DNA of 32,000 nucleotides, taken from assembly GCA_027038505.1 (NCBI GenBank), contig JALVWC010000009.1:1-32000 (forward strand). Direction: 5' to 3'. The DNA comes from Nanobdellati archaeon (GTDB taxonomy: Archaea; EX4484-52; WAPT01). The position numbers were made by a program, and so were the translations under genes. The number at the start of each line of letters is the position of its first letter. Within the stretch, counting starts at the first letter, position 1. The notes under the pieces are model-generated. The model had not been told where the DNA came from. It saw only the letters and a list, made by a program, of their open reading frames with translations, and did no database searches. Of the stretch, positions 15,918 through 25,400 are shown one piece after another.

Positions 15918-16401
15918 TTTTATTTTTTCTGAGCGTTGCTATATCTGAAAGGAACAAAAAGAAGCTCACGAGAAGGTAGAGCGCTGCAATGGCCCCGGCC
16001 ACACCGCCCGAGAAAATAAGAAAGCTTAGAAGAAAAAAATCGCCTGACATTCTTCTCATAACGATCTTAATTCTTGTTTTTTTGTTCTTGGCTGTAAGTA
16101 TCAGCAAAGGGTTGTTGAGAATGAGAAGCGTTGTCATCGGGAATGTTGCACAGATCAACATGCTTGTATGCTTAAAGAAAGCTACCATAGTGATAAGGGT
16201 GTGGGTGGCACGGGAAATTACGAATACCATCCTGCCGGATTTAATTCTCAAAAGGAAAAGAACCGCGACAACCTCCATTACGGCAGGAAAAATAACGCTC
16301 TTCTTCACAGCATAAAGAAATAGCCCGGTAAGAGCTGCTACAAATACCACGCTACTCCACACAACATCCTGCACGCCAATGCGTGCGTTACCACGGAACA
16401 T
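15907..16401 (-). CDS. Polytopic membrane protein, function unknown (co-transcribed with carS)
   Basis: 164 aa with 4-5 hydrophobic helices. ATG 16401 overlaps the carS stop by 14 nt. Confidence 0.5.
   Translation of the reverse strand: MFRGNARIGVQDVVWSSVVFVAALTGLFLYAVKKSVIFPAVMEVVAVLFLLRIKSGRMVFVISRATHTLITMVAFFKHTSMLICATFPMTTLLILNNPLLILTAKNKKTRIKIVMRRMSGDFFLLSFLIFSGGVAGAIAALYLLVSFFLFLSDIATLRKNKIKG
15918..15930 (+). terminator. Oligo-T terminator
   Basis: TTTTATTTTTTCT lies directly after the TAA stop. Confidence 0.5.
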
Positions 16402-16936
16402 CCTTCATCCCCAGCCTGTAAGCGAGAACGTTCATTGCACGATGGATCACCGGCGTTACGACAAGCAAAAAGATGCACGCCTCAAAGCCAACGCCAACAA
16501 AAACTCTTGCAATGATAAGGGATGGGATAAGGAAGTCCATCGAGTCAAGGAGAGGTGTTTTTGCTCCTCTCTTCATTCCGACTCTTCTTTTAATAAAGCT
16601 ACCGACCATGTCTCCGAGAATTGCTGAGAGACTGAGAATAAATCCGAGCTTCACACTCATAGGATAAAGCAAAGCAGCAATACTTGCAAATCTTTCCTGA
16701 AGCAGGGTCTGGATTGTGCCCACTATAGTGCCTGTTATGATCCCGAAGAAAGCCCCTTCAAACGTTTTTCCCGGGCCGAGAATCGGCCTTCCATCAATGA
16801 ATTTCCTGTTAAAATCAACGGGGTGTAGCTTTTTGAGCTTGGAGGTGAAGTAAACCGGGGAGGAATTTGCAAAGTAAGCGGGCAGAATCAGCCAGAGGGA
16901 GCTTGCAAACAGCGATAAAATGTGTTCTGCGACCAT
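16388..16936 (-). CDS. carS: CDP-archaeol synthase (CDP-2,3-bis-O-geranylgeranyl-sn-glycerol synthase, DUF46 family)
   Basis: LPAYFANSSP, GPGKTFEG, GDMVGSFIKRRVGMKRG..PLLDSMDF and a C-terminal ..VPW are colinear with the CarS family. Confidence 0.85.
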   Translation of the reverse strand: MVAEHILSLFASSLWLILPAYFANSSPVYFTSKLKKLHPVDFNRKFIDGRPILGPGKTFEGAFFGIITGTIVGTIQTLLQERFASIAALLYPMSVKLGFILSLSAILGDMVGSFIKRRVGMKRGAKTPLLDSMDFLIPSLIIARVFVGVGFEACIFLLVVTPVIHRAMNVLAYRLGMKDVPW

Positions 16937-16977
16937 ACAACCATCCTCCTAACATGATTGCTAATAATTGGTGGATA

Positions 16978-17050
16978 TGGGCCGGGGCGGATTCGAACCG
17001 CCGATCTCCGCGTTGTAAGCGCGGCGTCATAACCCCTAGACCACCGGCCC
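16978..17050 (-). tRNA. tRNA-Val (anticodon UAC)
   Basis: The minus strand reads GGGCCGG UG GUCU AGGGGUUA UGAC G CCGCG CUUACAA CGCGG AGAUC GGCGG UUCGAAU CCGCC CCGGCCC A. This is a full cloverleaf of 73 nt. CCA is not encoded. Confidence 0.9.
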
Positions 17051-17072
17051 GGAAAGCAACAAGAAAGACATT

Positions 17073-17080
17073 TTAATTAA
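17073..17080. promoter_or_regulatory. Palindromic TATA box TTAATTAA shared by tRNA-Val and the AMMECR1 gene
   Basis: It is centred 26.5 nt from the tRNA 5' end (17050, -) and 26.5 nt from ATG 17103 (+). Confidence 0.55.
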
Positions 17081-17102
17081 TTTGGAAGAAAAATAAAAAG
17101 GT

Positions 17103-17732
17103 ATGCACGTGGTAAGCGATGAGATTGGCGCTGAGCTCGTAAGACTCGCGAGGAGGGCTGTTGAACTTAGCTTTGAGGAGAAGCTTGTAAAGCTGGAGGA
17201 TAAACTGTGCGGTAACGCTTCCGGCGTTCTTGCTGAAAAAATGGGGATATTCGTGACCATCCACACTTATCCCGAAAAGGAGCTGAGGGGGTGCATAGGA
17301 ATTCCTTACCCACTAAAGGAGTTATGCAAAGCGGTTGTGAGCTCTGCCATTTCTGCTGCCTTTGAGGATCCCCGCTTTCCACCCCTTAGAAGAGATGAGC
17401 TTGAGAAAGTTGTGTTTGAGGTGTCGGTGCTGACACCCCCCGAACGGATAGAATACTCAAACCCTGATGAACTGCTGGAAAAAATAGTGCCGTTTGTGGA
17501 CGGTCTCATTCTTGAGGTTGGCGATGCGAGAGGGCTCTTTCTCCCGCAAGTATGGGAGCAGCTCCCGGATAAGGAAACCTTCCTCTCTCATCTCTGCCTG
17601 AAAGCCGGGCTGTGGGATACCTCATGTTGGAAAAGAAAGGACGCAAAGATCTATCGGTTCAGGGTTGAGGCGTTCGAGGAGGAAGAGCCGTGCGGAACCA
17701 TTAGGAGGGTTCAGCTTGGAAAAGCCCGCTGA
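17103..17732 (+). CDS. AMMECR1 domain protein
   Basis: LRGCIG, FEDPRFPPL, the VLTPPE region and GLFLPQVW are the AMMECR1 family signatures. Confidence 0.85.
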   Translation: MHVVSDEIGAELVRLARRAVELSFEEKLVKLEDKLCGNASGVLAEKMGIFVTIHTYPEKELRGCIGIPYPLKELCKAVVSSAISAAFEDPRFPPLRRDELEKVVFEVSVLTPPERIEYSNPDELLEKIVPFVDGLILEVGDARGLFLPQVWEQLPDKETFLSHLCLKAGLWDTSCWKRKDAKIYRFRVEAFEEEEPCGTIRRVQLGKAR

Positions 17733-19758
17733 TATCTTTTTCCTCCAGTCGGATGAACATGCCCTTTCTCTTGACAAAGTTTATGAAGTCTCTGTAAAGA
17801 AGGTATGAGCGCAGTGTTGAAGCGTCCGCCACCACCATCAGTTTTCTTTTTGCACGGGTTATCGCAACATTGAGTCTGCGCTCGTCCCTGAGAAAGCCGA
17901 TCTTCTTCTCCTCATTGCTCCTGACGAGGGAGAGGATAATTATCTCTTTCTCCCTCCCCTGGAAGCCATCGACGGTGTTGACCTCCACGCCATCTGCCAA
18001 CATCTTGATCAACAGCTCCTTCTGATCCCTGTAAGGGGTTATGATCCCTATTGCTGACCTCTCCACACCGGCAGAAACAAGCCTGTTTACGAGTTCCCGC
18101 ACAACACCCGCTTCAACAACATTTTCCAGTGATGTGCTCTCCGCGCGTCTGCGCTCGGATCTTTTTAAAAGCTTTGAGGTGTCAATCCAAACGAGAGGCG
18201 TAGAGGAATAGCACGCGCGATCGAGCTTGTCTACAGATTTGATGTTCTCCTTTTTTATCAGGTCAAGCACCGTTATGTTGTTCACCGAACCGTCTGACCT
18301 CAGCCTTCCGCTGTAAAATTTCCTGTTGGGGAACTCAACGAGCAGCGGGTTCATCCTGTACTGGTATTCAAGCATTACGGAGTTCGTCCTTCCATAAAGC
18401 TTCATGAATCTTTCGAACATAGTGAGCTCGAGTCCCTTCTTCTTGGCTTCCTCGCTAAGAATGGTAGGTGGAAGTTGCTTGTGGTCCCCTGCCATTATCA
18501 CCTTTGGCGCTTTTATCGCCGGCATAAGGCTTGACGGCTCGGTTGCCTGCGTTGCCTCATCTATAACCACAACATCGAACCTCTCCTCCCTGAGAAACTC
18601 AGAAAAAGCTCCGGCATTCGTGGTGCACACAACCTGGGCTGAACTGAGAATTCTTTTTGCAGCCCGCTCCATAAGACTTTGTCTCCTTTTTGCCATCTCC
18701 CTTAGAGATGATGTATATGTGAGCCACAGTGCCATTTCCTTTATCTTCTTGCCGCTCACCCCTCTCGCGCCTCTCGACTTTCGTGCAAGTTTCATTATCT
18801 GCTCGTCGGTTAAGCCCCTCCTCATGGCTCGAGATGGGCGTGTGAGTGCACTCCTCTTCTTCTTCAGGGATTCCATTCTTTCCGTCAGCCTTTCAATCAG
18901 CTCACCTTCCTCGCCTGATGCGATCATGAAATCCAGCGTGGTTTCGTAGAGCTTTTTGGATATCCTTGCAGGATGACCGAGCCTCACAACATAAACCTTG
19001 CCGGCAAGCTTCTCAACTACGTTATCGACCGCTGTGTTGGAATCGGCACAAACAAGTACTTTCTTACCTCTTGCCACCAGCTGCTTTATTATCTCGACAC
19101 ATGTTGTTGTCTTCCCCGTTCCGGGCGGGCCGTGAATGAGGAAAAGCTGCTCCTCCGCCAAAGCCCTTAAAACAGCGTCCTTCTGGCTCGGATTGAGCCT
19201 CCTGTTAAAGAAGGTGATGTCTGCTTTACCCTCCAGCTTTCCGCCAGGACTTCTTTTTCTTTTTTTCATCCCCAACAGGAGGCTCATGCTGAACTCCGAT
19301 CTTCCATCCTTGATAAGGTTGAGCGCATCCTTCATCCGCTGGAATGTGGTGTCGTTGCAGTAAAGGTCAAGCCTCAGCCTTGCCCTTTTCCATGCAGCTG
19401 GAAGCCTTTCCTGAAACAGCACAACCATGGAGTACGGGGTCTTCTCTATCACCACCCCTTCCCTCCCGTCCTTCAGAGGATTAATGTTGCTCGCAAGAAC
19501 CACATCTCCAACCTTTATCTCGTTTTCCGGAAGTCTGCCGCTGCCAACCTTCCGGAAAGAATACGCGAATTTGAGCAGAAACGTGCCCTCATACCTCATA
19601 CGGAGGTTGGTTATGGCTCTGCCCTTTCTTTCTCTCTCCTCGGGAGAAAGCTTTTTGATCTCATCCATGTGGAATCTCATTTCGGCCTTTCTCTCGAGTT
19701 CCACCAGCTCGAGAAAGTGTTCGCAGTACTCGTTTACATCCCTGAATCTAAACTTCAT
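17701..19758 (-). CDS. Superfamily 1 helicase, Upf1/IGHMBP2/Dna2-like (AAA_11/AAA_12)
   Basis: Walker A is HGPPGTGKTTT and motif II is VIDEATQ. GDHKQLPP, VDGFQGREKEIIILSLVRSN and LNVAITRAKRKL are also present. The first ATG is at 19758 (the ORF track begins at TTG 19761). Confidence 0.85.
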   Translation of the reverse strand: MKFRFRDVNEYCEHFLELVELERKAEMRFHMDEIKKLSPEERERKGRAITNLRMRYEGTFLLKFAYSFRKVGSGRLPENEIKVGDVVLASNINPLKDGREGVVIEKTPYSMVVLFQERLPAAWKRARLRLDLYCNDTTFQRMKDALNLIKDGRSEFSMSLLLGMKKRKRSPGGKLEGKADITFFNRRLNPSQKDAVLRALAEEQLFLIHGPPGTGKTTTCVEIIKQLVARGKKVLVCADSNTAVDNVVEKLAGKVYVVRLGHPARISKKLYETTLDFMIASGEEGELIERLTERMESLKKKRSALTRPSRAMRRGLTDEQIMKLARKSRGARGVSGKKIKEMALWLTYTSSLREMAKRRQSLMERAAKRILSSAQVVCTTNAGAFSEFLREERFDVVVIDEATQATEPSSLMPAIKAPKVIMAGDHKQLPPTILSEEAKKKGLELTMFERFMKLYGRTNSVMLEYQYRMNPLLVEFPNRKFYSGRLRSDGSVNNITVLDLIKKENIKSVDKLDRACYSSTPLVWIDTSKLLKRSERRRAESTSLENVVEAGVVRELVNRLVSAGVERSAIGIITPYRDQKELLIKMLADGVEVNTVDGFQGREKEIIILSLVRSNEEKKIGFLRDERRLNVAITRAKRKLMVVADASTLRSYLLYRDFINFVKRKGMFIRLEEKDISGLFQAEPS

Positions 19759-19812
19759 CAAAAAGAATTAAAACAAAAAATGTAAAAAGAAAAGCCTTTA
19801 AGTTGGATTTTT

Positions 19813-20964
19813 TCAGCCGCACGATCCTGATGCTGAAGCTGTTGAAGCGTTTACCGATGTGTTGCAGAGTGCCGGCGCGTTTGTGAAACTCTTACAGAGC
19901 ATGTTCTGGAATGCCTGTGGGGTTCTCTCTCCCCTATACAGCACGCCGTTTATGAAGACCGTTGGTGACCCCCTCACGTTGTATTTGTGGTTAAGCTGTA
20001 ACTCCGCTTCCAAGAGCTGTTCTGCCTCGTTTGAAACACAGTTTTCGATTTTGGTCGTGTTGATTCCAGCGTATTTCGCTGCATCCTTCCAGCAGGTATT
20101 TATATTGTTTATGCTGCAGTTATCGTCCACATACATCACATACTTCCACCATGTGTCGCTGTCATAATACTTCTTTATACACAATTGCCTTACATCCTCC
20201 ACTACTTCATTTCTGCCGTGCATTGAACAGTAGCGCTCATTCTTATCGTAGCAGTAGTTCTTCCCTCCGTAATTGCTGTAAATAACATAGTGTGGGTCAA
20301 AGGTAACAAGACCTTTGAATTTCTTGTAGACTGGATACATCACTTTTTCCATCTGCTGACCAAACGGGCAGAAGCTCATCACGAAGAACTTCACAACCGG
20401 TTTGTCAGTCTTGTTTACATTGTTCTCAACGATTTTGTTGTATTCCTCACAGATCTTGGTGCTGTTTGTTATGGTACAGATTATCCTGTAGAGTTGTTCC
20501 CTGTCCTCGAATCCAGTCAAGTAAAGCGTGCCGTTCCTTATCAGAATGAACCCCGGATAGCTCACGGGGTACATGTAATCCACTTTCCTGTAGCTCGCGC
20601 CTATGCTTGAAGCTATATGTTTCATATCTGAAGCGTAGCTGTTACATTTCTGACATGCCGACGAAGATATGAATATTAGTTGATCTCCCTGCGCACCTGA
20701 TTCCTGACTCGTTGTTTTTCTGGATGATGTGATGTTTGGTGATGAAGCATAGAAAACCGCCCAGACTACGGTGAATAGTAGCGCAATGGCAAGTACCCCG
20801 CTGAGAGTCTTCCATAGATTGATCTCTGTTCTTTCCCCTGCTGAACCCTTATTTTTATGTTTTGATGTTTCCCTCTCTGCGGATGTTTTTGTTTTAACTT
20901 TCGATCTATCTCTTGCAGAAGATATCCTTTTTGTATTCTTATCTTTCTTTTTCTTTCTGGTCAT
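19813..20964 (-). CDS. Membrane-anchored, Cys-rich DsbA/thioredoxin-like protein with a CPFG (monothiol) active-site position
   Basis: It has a Lys-rich N-terminus, one TM helix and a Cys-rich region. The thioredoxin-fold pattern is KPVVKFFVMSFCPFGQQ ... VRGSPTVFINGVLYRG. An SD-like AGGTGAG lies 7 nt upstream of the ATG. Confidence 0.65.
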   Translation of the reverse strand: MTRKKKKDKNTKRISSARDRSKVKTKTSAERETSKHKNKGSAGERTEINLWKTLSGVLAIALLFTVVWAVFYASSPNITSSRKTTSQESGAQGDQLIFISSSACQKCNSYASDMKHIASSIGASYRKVDYMYPVSYPGFILIRNGTLYLTGFEDREQLYRIICTITNSTKICEEYNKIVENNVNKTDKPVVKFFVMSFCPFGQQMEKVMYPVYKKFKGLVTFDPHYVIYSNYGGKNYCYDKNERYCSMHGRNEVVEDVRQLCIKKYYDSDTWWKYVMYVDDNCSINNINTCWKDAAKYAGINTTKIENCVSNEAEQLLEAELQLNHKYNVRGSPTVFINGVLYRGERTPQAFQNMLCKSFTNAPALCNTSVNASTASASGSCG

Positions 20965-21005
20965 TTTTTACTCACCTTATTTTTTTCATGTATGGGAGTA
21001 ATTTT

Positions 21006-21383
21006 TTAAGGTTTGTAGTATTCACACCCGCCACAATCGCCACGCTCCGATCGAGTGAGCTCAGGGCAGATCGCACACAGGATGTTATTTTCCCTTACAA
21101 ATGTGCACAGTCTGCAGATCTCCTCCGCAAAATCTGATCTTTTTCTCACCAGATTGGATGCTGATCGTTTAACTTCGTTCAAAAGAGTTTCGTTTTTTTC
21201 GAAGAGCTCCATAGCGGCTTTTCCCCTCAGTCTTCTTCTGTATTGAGATATTGCAGGTTGGGTCGTGTGCAGGAGCTTTGCGATTTCCACCTGCGTGTAT
21301 CCCATTTTCTCGAGCTCCTGAGCGAGCAAAGCTCTGAGGACGGGAAGAACCCTCATAACCACAATCTCGCAAAAAGGTTTCAT
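21006..21383 (-). CDS. HTH transcriptional regulator with a C-terminal 3x CxxC metal-binding region
   Basis: The HTH is GYTQVEIAKLLHTTQPAISQY. The C-terminus has CRLC..CAIC..CGGC. ATG 21383 fits the -27 TATA rule (the ORF-track start at 21404 is TTG). Confidence 0.7.
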   Translation of the reverse strand: MKPFCEIVVMRVLPVLRALLAQELEKMGYTQVEIAKLLHTTQPAISQYRRRLRGKAAMELFEKNETLLNEVKRSASNLVRKRSDFAEEICRLCTFVRENNILCAICPELTRSERGDCGGCEYYKP

Positions 21384-21402
21384 ACCTTGCATTAATTTTT
21401 GC

Positions 21403-21414
21403 AAAAATTAAAAA
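21403..21414 (-). promoter_or_regulatory. TATA box for the regulator/DsbA-like operon
   Basis: The minus strand reads TTTTTAATTTTT, centred about 26 nt upstream of ATG 21383. Confidence 0.45.
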
Positions 21415-21532
21415 GTTAGTTGAGTTCGATTCCCGTCCCACATAGTTTACCGAAATTGTCCGCCATGGTTTTGCAGAGTTCATTATGAAGCATGACATCA
21501 ATGAGATACATGCGAGTTCACAATTTATTGTT

Positions 21533-22489
21533 TTATGATTTTTTAGAATCCGTTGCGTATTTTTTACGACCATTCAACCCGCAGAAGACCATGCCCGCCA
21601 CAGGTGCGATTATCAGACTTTTAACGGTCTCGATAATTGCAAGCATGGAAAGTGCAAAGATTACGGGAAAAACTGTCCTTAGCTCTCGGTATATTCCAAG
21701 ATGTTGAACTGCGTAATTAACATACTGCTGTGTACTGGTTACATTTTCTTCCTCAAAACGTCTAAGTATGGCTTCGCGTGTCGCGTTATCTATGTTTCTG
21801 TACATTTCAGTAAGTTGTCTGCTACATTCGGGTGTGAGATAAGATCGTGACGTTGTCAGAAGAATACTCTCTATCATATCAAGGGTTTGCATGGTGAAAT
21901 TTAGCTGTGCCTGCCTTATTTGAGATTGAAATGTTACTGATTGTTGAAACACACCTTGAAAAAACCCGGAAATCATGGAATTTGTGACGTTTGGGTTGTT
22001 CTGAAGAAAAAGAAAGATTCCAAGACATGTCATTAAGGAAAATATTGTAAATGTGCTCTTCACGGCCCCCGAGGTTATGGAAAAATATTTGGGTTTCCTG
22101 TAGGCTTCTAGATTGGAAGAAATACTTTTCGAGAAAAAAAGAAGCATCATGAACCAGCCCGCGGAAACAAAAAAGGCAACGTAATGTGAAAAGAAAAATA
22201 GATAGAATATTGCCGAAATTGACGCCAAGAACATAAGCAAACCGGGATTCTTTTTCTTGTTGACTGTGACATAACCATAGACACCTAGGGCTGCGCCCAG
22301 CATTATGGAAGATAAAATCAGCAATAGGACCTCATTTCCCAGCGGTTTTTCTTTGATTAAATGGACATAATGAAACGGGGCGTAAACCAACATTCCAACC
22401 TTTGCTTTAACTGCAAAGAAACATGCTGAAAAGACGCATGCAAAAAAGAGTAATATTGCCAGCACAGCAGAATTCCTCAAAATCTCCAC
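21533..22489 (-). CDS. Polytopic membrane protein, function unknown (translationally coupled to the giant surface protein)
   Basis: 318 aa. About 6 N-terminal TM helices are followed by a Gln-rich soluble segment and a C-terminal TM helix. The start overlaps the upstream gene by 13 nt. Confidence 0.6.
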   Translation of the reverse strand: MEILRNSAVLAILLFFACVFSACFFAVKAKVGMLVYAPFHYVHLIKEKPLGNEVLLLILSSIMLGAALGVYGYVTVNKKKNPGLLMFLASISAIFYLFFFSHYVAFFVSAGWFMMLLFFSKSISSNLEAYRKPKYFSITSGAVKSTFTIFSLMTCLGIFLFLQNNPNVTNSMISGFFQGVFQQSVTFQSQIRQAQLNFTMQTLDMIESILLTTSRSYLTPECSRQLTEMYRNIDNATREAILRRFEEENVTSTQQYVNYAVQHLGIYRELRTVFPVIFALSMLAIIETVKSLIIAPVAGMVFCGLNGRKKYATDSKKS

Positions 22490-25400
22490 CTCCGCCTCCT
22501 GTGATAATTATACCGTGGTTTTTCTCCTTTTTTCTTGGAAATCCATTTTTTAATTGACTCTTTGAATTTTCTCACAGTGTCCTCAATCTTTTCAAAAATT
22601 TCGATGCGTCCGCGATCACCACTATAGGAATATACCGGCCTTACTTCCACTTTCGGAGGGATCCATAAATAGTAAAAGATCCCCGCTCCGATTCCAAGAA
22701 TGGTGAGTATCGTGATTATTGTTCTTTTAAATTTTTGTGCCTTTTCGTGAGCTTCTTTTTCTTTAATGTAAAGGTCGTTTGCGCTTTCAAGGAGTCTTGT
22801 GACTTCCTTCATTTTCTGATATGCTGAAAAGTAGTCTCCCTTCTGGAACAGTTGAACAGATGCGTTGAAAATTTCCATCGCCTTCTCTACTTTCAGCTTC
22901 GCGATTCGCAGCTCCGTCGTATTTCTACTCTTCAAAAGTTCAATGATATCCTCGCGAAGTTTGGTTAAATTTGCTTTTATGGTTTCGAATGAGTGCTTAA
23001 GTTTCTGTACATCTTCTTCATTTGGAACAACTTTCAAGTTTGTACTCACCATGGCTGTGGCTCCGTCCTTTGAGATGGCTTTTATCACGAGCGGATACTC
23101 TCCTATAGCCATACTCGGCAATGCTCTGAACTCAACGGTAAAGTTGTGGGATGTGTGAGGGCTCAATACAGATACGGTATTTGATCCCCGGAAGACATAC
23201 CACCCGTTAAAGTTCAGCGCCTTCGAAGATATATGAATGCTCACATATCTCAGCGGCTTCATGCCTTCGTTTTTGACGGTGATGGTGTACGTTGATTTTG
23301 AATTTCTTTTTATTAAAAGTTTTGGAACTACAAGTTCCAATTTGTAAAGTTCATTTGGTCGTACACACATATGATCATATATAACCTCATCAGCACCGCA
23401 TTTTAGAGGTTCACAGAAACCGTTGGAACAGTGCTCCCCAGTCTCACAATCATCATTGCTTTTACATGTTTTTATAATACCCTTATTTCGTTGCTTCGAT
23501 GGATGCTGGGCAGGCTTGGAAGTTGTTGTATTTTCCTTAACATTAAAACAATAAGGAATATTGTACTCATAAATCACCCTCCCATCGTAATTTGCGGAAA
23601 CATTCAGGTACAGACAATGTTCTTCTTTTACCTTGGGCACACACTTTATTCTGAAAGTCGGGTCTGAAGATGATGGATAATCCGCGATTCTGCATGAAGA
23701 GAGTTTCGTCACATCGGAGCCTCCTGCCATGAGCTTTATGTGGTTTATTGTTCTGGATACTATCCATTTGGGATTACCTCCATTCAAAGTAATGTTCCCA
23801 TAAAGTTCGACAGCGTGATCCACAAGCGCCGTTGATGGTTCCTGTTTGTAAATTATTGTTCGAGAATTTCCGTTGTACTTCCACCTCTTTATATCCAAAA
23901 TTGTGAAGGTCAACGTATGGTAATACTTCTTTGAGGTGTTAAGCGGGTCTGTAATGCTTATATTTAGAGTGTAGGTTCCGCTCTCGCTCCAAGGAATGAG
24001 AACGAGCGTTGCCTCTCCGTCACTGTCAGTCGTGGCCGATGTAACACTTCCGGAAGTCGTTACGGATGGTGCTTCAAGTTTTACATCGGCTCCGTAAACC
24101 GGCGTTTTGTTGCCTCCCCACGCATCAACAATCACAAAAATCTTGTCCTCATCGTTGAAAATGTAAAGCCCGTGATTCGATCGTGTGATGTTGAAAGACG
24201 CTGATGAGTTCTCTATGAATGTCGTGATGTAAATTTTCCTTGTGTAGCATGCGGAATTATTGAAGTTATCATGAGCGCAAATCTTCAGATTAGCTTCTCC
24301 AGCATAATCCGTTTGCCATGAAAGAGTGGCGTTGTAAATGCCACCTGATGTGGTGTTCGTGCTCGTGCTCGCTATGAGCGCGCCATTCTCTCCACGTATT
24401 AAAGATATATTAACCATGGCGCCGACAATAGATTCGTTATTAAAATTATTAACAGTTCCTGTCAGAAATATGCTGTCCGTCATATTGAAAAACCATTCCT
24501 TGGAAAGATTTTGGATATGACTCGTCTTATTGAACGTCACCACATTGTCAACACCACCCACGGAAATAAGCTTGAGTTTCGAGGTTGTGTTAAATTCGAA
24601 CGAGTAATTGAGGAGCGGTAAACCTGTGGCGTTATCATATATTTCTATTATCAGCAGGTTTCTACCGTCGGGGTGGTTTTCACCGACTGTTAAGGTATAG
24701 CTGAGATTGATCCATTGTGAGGAGCTGTAAGTGGTTGTGTTCTTCCAGAAAATTGTGCCGCTTGGGGATATTGCCATGGCTCTAACCGTGAAGTTAAGGG
24801 GTTGAAGCAGGTCAGCGTTGATTTTGAAACTTGCATTGAATGACACATTCTCGCCCCGGTTGTAAACACGCGAAGTGCGCGAGAAAGCGTGGTCCCGAAG
24901 GCTGAGATTTGATGTGTATATGATGGTTAAAACTTTTTCTCCCGGATCCAAGTTTGCGAGAGCTACGTTAAGCGTGTTGTTGGTTGGTGTTGCAGAGCCC
25001 CCGCTGATGTTCATAAATGTTGAAAGTTCGGGCAGGGTATAGTTGAATGTAACATTCTCAACCGTGCTCGATGTGGGATTTTCCAGGTCTATTTTCACTT
25101 CCGTTCGATTCCCCATACATTCAGCTCCGCTCGTTTTCATGGAGATTCCGGCGGTGATGTAAACAAGGTCAAGCACATGCGAGGTTGTCTGTAGCGTTTC
25201 GTTTGGTGAGTAGAGCTCAGCAAAATAGACTGTGTTGTTGTTTTTTCCAATGACGAAGTTCTTAGTCACTAAGGAAGTGTTTCCCACCACATCATATGTT
25301 GTCTCGTTCGAAGTCATAATGAAAGCTTTCATAGTTGTGTTATCTGCTGTTGAGTTAGCTTCAATGATATTGATAGTTGAGCTCTGCGGCACGAAATGTC

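Noticed and set aside
18404-18949. A 181-aa plus-strand ORF (and others at 18973-19771).
   Set aside because: They are antisense to the SF1 helicase, whose motifs are unambiguous. The translations are Ser/Leu-rich shadow sequences.
21424-21442. GTTCGATTCCCGTCCCACA looks like a tRNA T-loop plus 3' acceptor fragment (a possible att relic).
   Set aside because: Only 3 of 5 T-stem pairs can form with the upstream bases, and it matches neither tRNA in the window. No same-strand intact tRNA, integrase or second repeat copy is visible. It may be chance or a very old relic.
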